DNA of 64,000 nt, taken from contig OX597827.1 of assembly GCA_951406725.2 (NCBI GenBank), forward strand, positions 48,918,001 through 48,982,000, written 5' to 3'. Below, in pieces: positions 42,620 to 53,850 of the stretch (position 1 is its first letter; each line of letters opens with the position of its first letter). The translations under genes were made by a program, and so were the position numbers. The notes under the pieces are model-generated. The model had not been told where the DNA came from, did no database searches, and saw only the letters and a program-made list of their open reading frames with translations. The stretch comes from Octopus vulgaris. Its lineage: Eukaryota.

Positions 42620-43585
42620 TTATATCAGTGGTTCGGTTTTCTCTTTTTCTTCTTTGTTTATCTCTTTTTCTGGGCCTCGTGGGGGAGTCTGACGTAGGCC
42701 CTCGAATATATATGGAGATGTTAAATCCATTCTGAGCGGGCCTACGTCATGAAAGAATTCGGACTTTATCCGCCCGTAATCCTTCCGGCCTATTCTGTAA
42801 ACTATATAGTCATTCTTTTTTCCTATTCTTTCCACTTTGGCCATAGCTGCCAACACGTTCCCGAGTCTGTTGTTTGATGCCTTAACGGCCATATATGGGT
42901 TCATCGACTCTCTTTTCTTCTTTTGGATCACTCTTGGAGGGGTGGTTTCCGTTTTTCTTTTTTTTCTGGTGATTTTTGACCACCCCTCCTCATTGCTCTT
43001 TTTTTCCTCTGCCACTGGTTCTGCTGCCTCTGTCACTTCCACACTTTCAGTCGTCCCTTCTGGGCCGCCCGGCGCTACTTCTGGTGACACTTCATCTTCT
43101 TTTTCACCTGGCTGAGGTGCTTCCTGCGGTTTGGGTTGGGGTTGGCATTCCGCCCTTACATGACCCTTCTTGCCGCAGCCGAAGCACCTCGGCTTTCTGC
43201 CCTCTACGAAAACTGTTATTCTATCGTCTTCACTTATTTTTAGGGTTTCTGGAATCTCCTCCAGTGTTTGAATTTCTGCCTGAATGTCTATTACTATCCG
43301 CTGCCCTTTCCAAAATTCCTCCTCCTCTACTGTGGCCTGGAGGATGTTTATTTTTTCCTCCAGGCCTACCATGACTGCTGCCACCAGACATTCGGCATTT
43401 TCCTCTGGCGGAATGTTATTCATCGTGATTTTCGATGTTCTTTTTCCTCTATACAAGGGGAGGAGAACAATGTTCTCCGCTTTTATTGGCTCCATCGACA
43501 GTTTTTTTGCTATCTCCTCTGTTGTGAAACGCACCTCTACTGTGCCGTATCTCTTTCCTCTGTTGATGTATGTGATCTTGTCCAT
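42620..43585 (-). CDS. Tx1 ORF1 gag-like nucleic-acid-binding protein with CCHC zinc knuckle
   Basis: 321-aa ORF with CFGCGKKGHVRAEC (CX2CX4HX4C), directly upstream of the endonuclease ORF. Confidence 0.85.
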   Translation of the reverse strand: MDKITYINRGKRYGTVEVRFTTEEIAKKLSMEPIKAENIVLLPLYRGKRTSKITMNNIPPEENAECLVAAVMVGLEEKINILQATVEEEEFWKGQRIVIDIQAEIQTLEEIPETLKISEDDRITVFVEGRKPRCFGCGKKGHVRAECQPQPKPQEAPQPGEKEDEVSPEVAPGGPEGTTESVEVTEAAEPVAEEKKSNEEGWSKITRKKRKTETTPPRVIQKKKRESMNPYMAVKASNNRLGNVLAAMAKVERIGKKNDYIVYRIGRKDYGRIKSEFFHDVGPLRMDLTSPYIFEGLRQTPPRGPEKEINKEEKEKTEPLI

Positions 43586-43593
43586 TAATGGTT

Positions 43594-44061
43594 TTAAACA
43601 ATTCTCGATTTTTTTTCCTCAATTTTTTGTATCATTTTGGTTGTCGTATTAAAGGTCTTATAGATTATTCTTCTTTTTTCGATTTCTTCATGTTTTTGGG
43701 CGTTTGAGACCACTGTCACTTCCGTGCCCTCTTTTGTAACACAGTCCGCATATTTTTCCAAGTATTCGACGTTTATTTTTTTGATTTCTTGCCAGCTACT
43801 TCTGAGAATTTTTTCGCTGGTGCAGGGGTTTCCTTTTTCTTTGGCGCCACCGCCTCTTTTTTCTTTGGCGACACCGCCTCTTTTTTCTTTGGCGACACCG
43901 CTTCTTTTTTTTTTTGGCGACACCGCCGGAGATTCTTCTTCACTAGTCACGGGAGAATATGAGATGGGGGATTCCATCTCGAACAACTGGCTTAACAAGC
44001 CCTTGGTAAATCCAAGATAAGTGATATTTTTTTTCCCCCACGGAGGGGGGAACACCACCAC
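43594..44061 (-). CDS. Tx1 ORF1 N-terminal part (probably joined to 42620-43585 across a homopolymer frameshift)
   Basis: Basic/acidic low-complexity N-terminus. C-terminal IIYKTFN...IEEKK continues as IENCLKPL-MDKITY in the other frame, as in the sister ORF1s (IEKCLG). Confidence 0.6.
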   Translation of the reverse strand: MVVFPPPWGKKNITYLGFTKGLLSQLFEMESPISYSPVTSEEESPAVSPKKKRSGVAKEKRGGVAKEKRGGGAKEKGNPCTSEKILRSSWQEIKKINVEYLEKYADCVTKEGTEVTVVSNAQKHEEIEKRRIIYKTFNTTTKMIQKIEEKKSRIV

Positions 44062-44206
44062 GAAGTCCTCGCACGAAGGCTGACTTCAACAGTTGTACAG
44101 CAATAAACAAAGACAGGTAGACACACAGTAGATTATAACGGAGAGAATAAATACGACGGCAAAATATAATAACTTACTATACACGCAAATAGCTTTCCTC
44201 CAGGTG

Positions 44207-45986
44207 ATTTTATTATTACCCACAAGGGGCGAACATAGAGGGGACAATACAATCGGGGAACTTAAAATAAGAAAGCGAATGACAAGAAAAGGAAAAAATA
44301 AAAGGAAAAAATGACATATGAAAGAATATTTACAATGAGATGTAAATGCCCACTCGATCCCCGGAATCGAGAGGTTACATTTTCGTCACATATATTTCAC
44401 AATATTTTCTTTTTTCTCTTCTTTCTTCTCTCTCTTCTCACAGTTCTATACATATTCCATGATAGTTTTCAATTCTCTAAAGTCTATCACTGAGCCCTCA
44501 GGCAGCCGCTCTCTCACTCGAACACTCGTGTAAAATGTTACACTCTCACCGGCAGCTCTGAGGAACTCAGCGACTCTTTCTTCGGGGATTAGAGCAGTCT
44601 CCTGCCACTGATCGGTCATCCTGTTGACCCACACATGTCCCTCCGTATTACTTGTCAAATCCTTCATTTCAGGGCAGAAATGGAAGGTTACTAACTTGTA
44701 GAAGCAGTAATCTTGTTTCCGTCCTACGTTTTCCTTCATTTTTCTTTTCGGGCTTATTTCTTCCTTGTTCTCCTCTCTTTGTTTCTCTCTCTCTCTCTTT
44801 TTGCCTTCTTTTCTTTCTCCTTCCTTCTCTTGTCTTTTTGGTTCTTTGTCTGTTCTCTCTTTCTCTCGTGTTTTATGTTCCTTTTCTTTTTCTTTTGTGT
44901 GCCGTCTTTTCTTTTCGTTTGATTCTGATCTCTCTCTTGTTTTTTTCCTGTTGTTTCTTTTTCCTTTTTTTTTTCCTGACTCTGTTTTGGTTCTATTTCT
45001 TTCTTTTCTTTTATTTCTTTTTCCTTCATTGACTTATTATTTCCTTTCTCTTGTTGTTTTGTTTCCTTTTCTATGTTTTCTTTTTCATTTACCGTGTTCT
45101 TCTTTTCTTCAAGTTCCTGCTCGCACTCCGCTACGAATTCGTATAACGGGCACTCTTTTTTAATGTGCCCCCTTGTCCCACACAAGTAGCAGTTTGGCTT
45201 TCTTCCCTCTACAATTACACTGAGGGTTTTTCATCTTCAATTTCTATTCTGTAGGGGAACCTTTCAATGTCCTCTTTTGTGGCCATCAAACACAGTTCTA
45301 CCCCATATCCTCTCCAGTTTATCGCGTTGGACTCCTTAAAGGATTCCACCTCCACTTCCTCTTCTGCTGCTCCTAGAATAGCTGTTGCCAGCCATTCTGT
45401 TTTACTTCTGGGGGTATATTCGGGATTTTAACCCGGACCCCTCTTCTTCCCTTGTATGAGGGCCACATTATAAATGTTTCCGCTCTTAGTACAGTGGTAG
45501 CCAGTGAGGCTGCAATTTCTTCCGTTGCACATCTCACCTCCACCGTACCAAATTTCTTGCCTCTACTCACGTAGGTCGATTTCCCCATTATGTCTCCCAG
45601 ACATTTTTCGATTTCGACTATCTCCACTCTTGCCAGTTTCTTCGTATTTTTGTCTTGGGTTCTATATGTTACTGTCTTGCTTTCTTTGTCCTCTTTTGCT
45701 TTCGCGGGGGGATTAGCTTCACGCTATCACCCTCCCTTTTGAAGAGCTTTTCATATTCTTTGAGTTTACTCTTCTCAAAGAAAACATCCTTCACGATTAT
45801 CGACGAATCATTATTTTTCTTTCCCGTGACCCCCGCGTAAGTCGCCATGACTAGAGGGTCAATTCACCTTCTTCGGAAGGTTTCCACACGTGGAGGCAAA
45901 CGCCTCGCGCGATAATAATCAATTTACACAACAAAATTTCACTGTCTAGTCACAGATAACAACACGCAAATAGATTTCCTCCAGGT
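44207..45986 (-). mobile_element. ORF1-only (non-autonomous) Tx1 relative with intact 5' end and 3' tail
   Basis: Frameshifted ORF1 from MATYAGV (ATG 45848) through RGKKFGTVEVRC and CYLCGTRGHIKKEC to a stop at 44446. Then a short UTR and the same 3' tail as the full element. No ORF2. Confidence 0.8.
44446..45848 (-). pseudogene. Frameshifted Tx1 ORF1 (zinc knuckle)
   Basis: ORF pieces 45373-45627, 44754-45185 and 44446-44739 are colinear; the first two align by eye with ORF1 at 42620-43585. Confidence 0.8.
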
Positions 45987-46050
45987 CTTCGAATCTTTTT
46001 TCTCTACATTGTATACTTTATAGACAATAGTCTTTTCTTTAATTTAATTT
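45987..46050 (-). pseudogene. Upstream half of the interrupted older ORF1 fragment
   Basis: Translates IKEKTIVYKVYNVEKK..FED, matching ORF1 IEKRRIIYKTFN, and joins to LEESTIEKCLG at 38970. Confidence 0.55.
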
Positions 46051-46489
46051 TTTATTATCCATCTGGACTAATCCATTTCTGCACGCTAATTTTATTTTTA
46101 ATTTATTCCCATTCACGTGAAACCACTTATTCAAGTTCAAGTCATTGATGCAATTTTATACCAATTGCTATTTTTACTTTTGTTATGTTACGATTATATT
46201 ATACTTTAGTTTGATTTTAATTATTACTTACTACATATAATTCAATTGTTATTATTATTTTTATTGTTAAAGTGAAAGTATCTGACATAGAATAGAGAAA
46301 TGTTTTTGTTTCACTTTTAACACGTAATACTGAAATAGTGGAGAAGATATGATATTGCTATGGGGTCGCTCTAGGCAAGAAGTTGAACATTTTTTTTTGC
46401 CCATGAAACTACATGGACCCTAAGTAAGGCATGTGTAAAATTTGAATGAAATTGGTTGCGTAGTTCTCAAGTTTTAAGGGAAACACACA

Positions 46490-46540
<51 letters not shown>

Positions 46541-47879
46541 TCTCAGTTTTATATTTAGAGAGATAATGTACATAGCTGTCTGTCTGTGTGGGGCGGGGCA
46601 TGGGCAAAAATGTGATGATAAACGTCTCGGTATATCCAAGTATTTAATAAACATTATAATCAGCCAAGGATCTGTGAGTAAATGAGGAAAATTAAAGCGA
46701 AGAGAAAAGTGGGTGAAGTCGGGCGACAAAACGATAGAGAACAGTTACCAGTTCCGTATGAAAAGTCAAAAATAACTTGAATTACAATAATTTAATATGC
46801 ATGAGGAATAGGTAGGGGTAGTTAGAAAAGGAAGAAAATGATATTGTCGGTCCTTGCTTATCGAAGCGATTAACGAATCTGAATTAAGACAATAAGAAAA
46901 TATTGCAAGTTCCTTCTTCAAGCAGGATAACTAAGTTACACATGATGATATTTGAATGTTAATGAAAAGATACTAAAAGCGGAATTTATTCGAGGTGAAA
47001 TGTTTAGCCTTATATGACTGGGGCATATGAAAAGAAAAACAAGTGATATGAATAAATAATGTAATTAGCGATTTAATGAATTAACCGTACAAAGAGAAAT
47101 GGTGTTTTAAAAATTTAGATGACGTAGGTGTCTGAAGACGATAAAATTTTAATGTTTGTAGTGTATGTAAGTAAATTATGAATGTGGGTGTTGTTGTGTT
47201 GCCCCGGAACGGTATTTAATAATCATATTAAGTTAAATTAGGTTAGAGATTAAATAAAAAGTGAAATGAAATATCGCAAATTCCTAAGGAAATTAATCAT
47301 ACGCCTAAAATGTGTACAACTATGTCGACTCCTAAAGTATAGAATAGAAATAAAGATTGTTAAAAGTGTATAATTAAAGACTGATGAAGGGTAAAGAGTG
47401 ATCAAAGTTTAAAATGGTTTGTTGTGGATGAGAAATAATAAAGTAGAGAAAAAAAGTCGAAATGAAATCACTAAATTGAGAAGTAGGATAAAAAAGTTAA
47501 AAGGACGAATAGAGAACAAATATATAAAAATGAATAAGAAGGGACACAGAAAACTATATACAAATGTACGGAAAATAGATATTGGATAAAACAGCATATA
47601 TAATAATTAATCAGGTTTTGTATGAATTTATATAAGCAGATACGAATGAACTGAGATGCGAAGCATAAAGTTTTAAATAGAAATAGTAATTGGGAAAAAC
47701 ATAATAAAAATAGGATGTAGTATGTAGGAGATTTCGAATATTAGCAATATTGCTTATAAGGTACATATATAATAAAATGGTAATAATAATGGTTTTAAAA
47801 AGGAATGGGCTAAAAGTGAAGTTGTTACATGGGTAAAGTAGTAAATGGTAAGTACTATTAATCTTGTTTAAATACTTAC

Positions 47880-47994
47880 CTGGTCTAATATATTTAAAGG
47901 TATAGAATTTATATTTGTATACGTAGTGTGGTCACATCTAGTTGAGTAATTAATAGGTTCAACATTATAACTTTTATAAGCATACAAAGAGAAA
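47880..47994 (-). other. Candidate internal exon (115 bp) of an unidentified gene
   Basis: Acceptor TTTTTTCTTGCAG| and perfect donor CAG|GTAAGT; open frame FSLYAYKSYNVEPINYSTRCDHTT...LDQ. No homology recognised. Confidence 0.3.
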
Positions 47995-48367
47995 CTGCAA
48001 GAAAAAAGTTTTCTAGCTACACTGTTAGATATGGTTGTAAGGTGAAGACCAGGCACAATCTTTAGAACGAGAGCAGAAAGATACTTAACGGCATTTCTTC
48101 CGGATTTACGTTTAATTCTGTTGATTCGAGGCTGATAAAATAAGAAGCTGTTTTGTCCTGGAAACCACCAAAATGTCTGGCCCTGTGCTTACGGAAGAAA
48201 GAAATTAGTAGATAAGGTTGCAGCAGTGTATTAATAACTATCCTATACTCAACAATATGAACGAAATCTTTCTTAGCAACAAAAGATTGTGAAAGCTAAT
48301 ATACAAGGGAACTAACGTACTCAATAGTTGGGAGGAAAAAATGGCGCTTAAAAACTGCCGCATGAAA

Positions 48368-48417
<50 letters not shown>

Positions 48418-49381
48418 GTATGTATATATATATATATATTTTATATGCTCACACATTTCAATATCCTGCGTGGCAGACATTTTGTACGTGTACGTCTGTT
48501 AATGTATTTCTGTGCATGCATATACTTTTGTGCAGTTCTGACGATTTATAAAATGGCGCAACTATGAAATTAATTTGCAAAACAACTACAATTTTTGTTG
48601 AATTAAATTAAAAAAGAATTATTATCTTCATATAAAAAGATTAAAGACGAGAATTCATGTTCCGAGAAAACCTGAACGTAATAATCAACAATTACGCTGC
48701 CGACCGTAAATTGTTAATTATTGTAATTAAACCATCGACATTTTTTTTATTTTTCAATAATGTGAGATTTAATTTGTACAATTCTTCTTGAATAGCCACA
48801 AATAAAGAGTCGTTAAATTTCCAGATAAACATATTTTAAGCTGTGTTTAGCTTTAAGTGTTAATTTAACAAAATAAATAAGAGCGTGTTATTTTGCTGCC
48901 ATATTGCCTGACCGGAATATAGTGTCCTTGTTGTTGTTGTTGTTGTTGTTAATGAGTGTTGTGCCTACTAAGGCATTTCGTGCGATTACAGCATTTCGTC
49001 CGTCTTCACATTTCAAATTCTGCCGAACCGACTTTGCTTTTCATCCTCTTGGGGGGTCTCTAAAATAAGTACTATTTGAGGACATAGACCGATGTAATCA
49101 ACTTTCGCTTTCACCCAAAATTGCTGGCCTTGCACCAAATTTTGAAATCAATATTGTTGTTGCCATTGTGAAATCTGATGACGACAACGAACGTATGAAA
49201 ACTCTAATTGTTGTTTATGAACGTTACAAAATTATTTTCTTTAACGTTTAACACACTTCAACATTTTAATTATTTTTAACGCAATAATAAACAATGTGAA
49301 AAAACAGACCATGTTGTAATTTTATTCAATTGATATATTATTCTATACACATTCACACAAATACACACACACACACACACA

Positions 49382-49433
<52 letters not shown>

Positions 49434-49436
<3 letters not shown>

Positions 49437-49590
49437 GGGCGGACTGACATTATTAAAGAACTTCGGGCATAACTGTTTACCGGGCCGTCTTGAATATTTG
49501 TTTTAGTAGAGTTAACATGTTGAGAGCGGGCCCCTCAGAGCTCCGGGCCCTCGGGCAGTGCCCAACTGACCGACGGCTCAGTCCGCTCCT
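49434..49590. mobile_element. MITE (hAT-like TIRs) in (TA)n
   Basis: AGGGGCGGACTGA ... TCAGTCCGCTCCT inverted termini; internal GGGCCC motifs. Confidence 0.55.
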
Positions 49591-49654
49591 ATATGTATGT
49601 ATATATATATATATATATATACAATGGATTCGTATATGTGTCTGTGTACTTGCG

Positions 49655-49717
<63 letters not shown>

Positions 49718-49862
49718 ATGTATATATATATATATATGTATGTGTGTATGTATGTATATATATATATGTATGTATGTATATATGTATATATGTATGTATG
49801 TATATATATACGTATGTATGTATTTATATATATATGTATGTATGTATATATATATATGTATG

Positions 49863-49909
<47 letters not shown>

Positions 49910-49952
49910 CTATATATATATATGTATGTATGTCTATATATATATATGTATG

Positions 49953-50410
<458 letters not shown>

Positions 50411-50650
50411 CAGGAGTGGCTGTGTGGTAAGTAGCTTGCTTACCAACCACATGGTTCCGGGTTCAGTCCCACTGCGTGGCATCTTTGGCAAGTGTCTTCT
50501 GCTATAGCCCCGGGCCGACCAAGAGACCGATAGAATAAGTACTGGGCTTACAAAGAATAAGTCCCGGGGTCGATTTGCTCGACTAAAGGCGGTGCTCCAG
50601 CATGGCCGCAGACAAAATGACTGAAACAAGTAAAAGAGAGTAAAAGAGTA
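50411..50650 (+). mobile_element. SINE family A (central deletion)
   Basis: GGGCCGACCAA joined directly to GAGACCGATAG. Confidence 0.8.
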
Positions 50651-50988
50651 TACTAATAGTGGCACTCCGTCGATAATTACCACAAGTTTTCCGGTTGATC
50701 CGATGAACAGAAGAGCCTGTGTGTGTAACTAGCGCGCAAGTGGCAAAGCAGTCCACAGACACGCTTACACTTAGCATAGTTCTGAGGGTGATTCAGTATG
50801 ACACGGAATCTAACAAGGCTAGCACTTTGAATTACACGTACATCTCATTTTTACATGTGCCACTCATCTTAACTGAGGCAACATGAAATAATGTATTCTG
50901 CTCAAGAACATAACACGCCGTCGGATAACGAACTAACGATCTCACGATCGTGATCCAAACATAATACCCACTAAGCCACGCTCATTCA

Positions 50989-51033
<45 letters not shown>

Positions 51034-51140
51034 TTGGCCGATAAATTTGGCGCGAGTGCGACGATTTGAAAATTTTAGGTCAGATATTGCCGAGGCAGCA
51101 AGAGGAATGCCTCGTGAAAAATATCTGTTCCGATTTGGCT

Positions 51141-51247
51141 ATTTCTTACTGATGAGTCTAAGGGCCTATGGTGGATTGGCTTGATTTAATTTAATCAGGT
51201 TAGTTTACCATTAAACGGTAGATGAAACGGTGCATCGTCTAAGAAAT
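51141..51247 (+). ncRNA. Type I hammerhead ribozyme, copy 1
   Basis: Stem I ATTTCTTA(51141-48)/TAAGAAAT(51240-47); core CTGATGA 51149-55; stem II GTCTA/TAGAT with a long G-U-rich extension; GAAA 51224-27; self-complementary stem III CGGTGCATCG; GTC triplet with predicted cleavage after 51239. Confidence 0.88.
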
Positions 51248-51624
51248 TACAGGGTAAAAGTTTTTCAATTTTCTCCTGGTTTACGGTATTAATGTTATTT
51301 TGCGGTTAAAGCTTTTGGCTGTTATTTCTAGTGGGTGAATGGCCTATTATGGCCGTTCCTTGATTGTGATGTTGAACGTAAAAATGGTTTATGACTATTT
51401 AATTTTTTCCTACTAGGCCGCTGGTGGCAAAAGAATTCTACAAAATTTTTTTGCCACCCTATATTGATTAATTATGAATTTTCTGGTTAGTTCCGTAACG
51501 GAATCGGTGGTTCATTTGCTGCCGATAAATTTGGCGCGAGTGCGACGATTTGAAAATTTTAGGTCAGATATTGCCGAGGCAGCAAGAGGAATGCCTCGTG
51601 AAAAATATCTGTTCCGATTTGGCT

Positions 51625-51731
51625 ATTTCTTACTGATGAGTCTAAGGGCCTATGGTGGATTGGCTTGATTTAATTTAATCAGGTTAGTTTACCATTAAAC
51701 GGTAGATGAAACGGTGCATCGTCTAAGAAAT
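51625..51731 (+). ncRNA. Type I hammerhead ribozyme, copy 2
   Basis: Same as copy 1 shifted by +484; predicted cleavage after 51723. Confidence 0.88.
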
Positions 51732-52108
51732 TACAGGGTAAAAGTTTTTCAATTTTCTCCTGGTTTACGGTATTAATGTTATTTTGCGGTTAAAGCTTTT
51801 GGCTGTTATTTCTAGTGGGTGAATGGCCTATTATGGCCGTTCCTTGATTGTGATGTTGAACGTAAAAATGGTTTATGACTATTTAATTTTTTCCTACTAG
51901 GCCGCTGGTGGCAAAAGAATTCTACAAAATTTTTTTGCCACCCTATATTGATTAATTATGAATTTTCTGGTTAGTTCCGTAACGGAATCGGTGGTTCATT
52001 TGCTGCCGATAAATTTGGCGCGAGTGCGACGATTTGAAAATTTTAGGTCAGATATTGCCGAGGCAGCAAGAGGAATGCCTCGTGAAAAATATCTGTTCCG
52101 ATTTGGCT

Positions 52109-52215
52109 ATTTCTTACTGATGAGTCTAAGGGCCTATGGTGGATTGGCTTGATTTAATTTAATCAGGTTAGTTTACCATTAAACGGTAGATGAAACGGTG
52201 CATCGTCTAAGAAAT
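52109..52215 (+). ncRNA. Type I hammerhead ribozyme, copy 3
   Basis: Same as copy 1 shifted by +968; predicted cleavage after 52207. Confidence 0.88.
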
Positions 52216-52333
52216 TACAGGGTAAAAGTTTTTCAATTTTCTCCTGGTTTACGGTATTAATGTTATTTTGCGGTTAAAGCTTTTGGCTGTTATTTCTAGT
52301 GGGTGAATGGCCTATTATGGCCGTTCCTTGATT

Positions 52334-52369
<36 letters not shown>

Positions 52370-53669
52370 AATACATGTATACTCCGACTAATTCTTTAAC
52401 TGAGTGTGTGTGTAGCATTCATCCACTCATTGCCTGCCACCAGGCCTATTGTGTGCATTCATCGTACAGGTCCATTCTTTAACTGAGTGTGTTATATATA
52501 CATATATACTACAACTTCTTTAACTGAATGTGTGTGTGTGCGTGTGTGTGTGTATATGTGTAGCATTCATTCACTCATTGCCTGCCACCAGGTTTATTTT
52601 GTGCATTCATTGTACACATTTGACCTCAACTCTCCTTATATGTCTATGTTATTCTGTCTTTCTCTCTTTTCGCCCTCTCTCTCCTTCCTCTCTCTCTCTC
52701 TCCTTCTCTTGCTCTTTCTAAACTTTGTAAAACGCAACAGGAAGGAGCAGCCAACTCACCAGCGTTTATTTCTGACCTATTGTTACATACCAAGGTGCTG
52801 AGAGGAAGTTTTACACTATTCCTATCTCGTTGCGACAGAGAGTTGTTACACGCTAGTTTTAACAAAAGCTTGTACGAGAGCAACTTTGAATTCGCTCTTC
52901 AAAAACATCGAAATGAAAGACGTGAATATTAGAAAACGACATATAAATGAGTTTCAGAAGAAAATTTAAAACAAAAGAACTAGAAATAAATAGATTTTCA
53001 ATTTTTAAAAGAAAAGTACAATATAATCTAATGATCGATATAATTAAATTATGAAAAAGACAATCTCATCTCTGCAGTGAATTTTTTGGATTATTTTAAA
53101 AACAATCAGGAATTTTGCAGGTGTTCCAAAATATGTTATGGTCGGCAGTACGCTTATAATAGACAGATTGCAGAGACACACATGGATATATTGATGTAAT
53201 ATACGCACTTTAACTCACAGAAATATATACGCAAACATGAGCATATGCAGGTATATGAACTCATACGCATATTCTTGCATAAGAATTTGAAATAAACTAC
53301 ATGCACTTTCTCCCTTCTTTCTCTCTCCCACTCTCTTCAAACACATGCGCATATATATATATATGTATATGTATAAGTATATGTATATTTATATATGTAT
53401 GTATGTGTATATATATATATATATATGTGTGTATGTATGTATGTATATATATGTACATATATAATACGTAGGTGAAAGCGTAGGCGTGTACCAACAAGAT
53501 TGCTTCTGAAGCCCATCATTCATAGTTCAATCCCACTGCGTGGCACGTTGGGCGAGTGTCCTCAACCATAGACACGGGCCGACCAAATCATTGTGAGTAG
53601 GTTTGGTAGACGAACACTAAAGGTAGCCTGTCATATAAACATATGTGTGTGTATGTGTGTGTGTGTGGA

Positions 53670-53850
53670 TACGCATTGGCCAGTGGTCGTAGGATCGCGG
53701 TTTCGATTCTCGGACTGGGCGTTGTGAGTGTTTTTTGAGTAAAAACACCGAAAGCCCGACGAGGCTCCGGCAGCGGGTGGTGGCGAACTCTGTTGTACTC
53801 ATTCACCACAACTTTCTCTCCTTCTTCCCGTTTCTGTTGTAGCTGTTCCA
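53670..53850 (+). mobile_element. SINE family B (partial)
   Basis: GGATCGCGGTTTCGATTCTC, GAGGCTCCGGCAG. Confidence 0.65.

Larger units (their letters stand above)
38972..44205 (-). mobile_element. Near full-length Tx1-clade non-LTR retrotransposon (ORF1 + APE-RT-zinc finger ORF2)
   Basis: Ordered ORF1 (CCHC knuckle), endonuclease, RT and C-terminal zinc finger on the minus strand. 3' tail TTGTCCCATCTATGTTCGCCCCTAGTGGGTAATAATAAAA. 5' end ACCTGGAGGAAAGC. Confidence 0.93.
38481..46563 (-). mobile_element. Helitron-like shell enclosing the Tx1 array
   Basis: Minus-strand 5' end A|TCTCTCTAAATATAAAACTGAGAATG(TG)n at 46563, resembling the 5' ends of the short Helitrons. 3' hairpin plus CTAG|T at 38481. 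Pairing of the two ends is inferred. Confidence 0.45.
51037..52338 (+). mobile_element. Hammerhead-containing 484-bp tandem repeat (~2.7 units), candidate non-LTR retrozyme inserted in (TA)n
   Basis: Period of 484 bp (identical ORFs at 51474 and 51958). Flanked by (TA)n on both sides. Each unit contains a complete type I hammerhead motif. No credible coding capacity. Confidence 0.85.

Noticed and set aside
47871-47883. ATACTTACCTGG as the 5' end of a U1 snRNA gene
   Set aside because: No downstream U1 similarity; it is the complement of a 5' splice site.
51415-51430. CTCF-like motif GGCCGCTGGTGGCA in the repeat unit
   Set aside because: One base short of the consensus spacing, and it forms part of an RNA hairpin arm.
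51474-51668. 64-aa ORF repeated in the 484-bp unit
   Set aside because: No recognisable motif; the unit is better explained as structured non-coding RNA.
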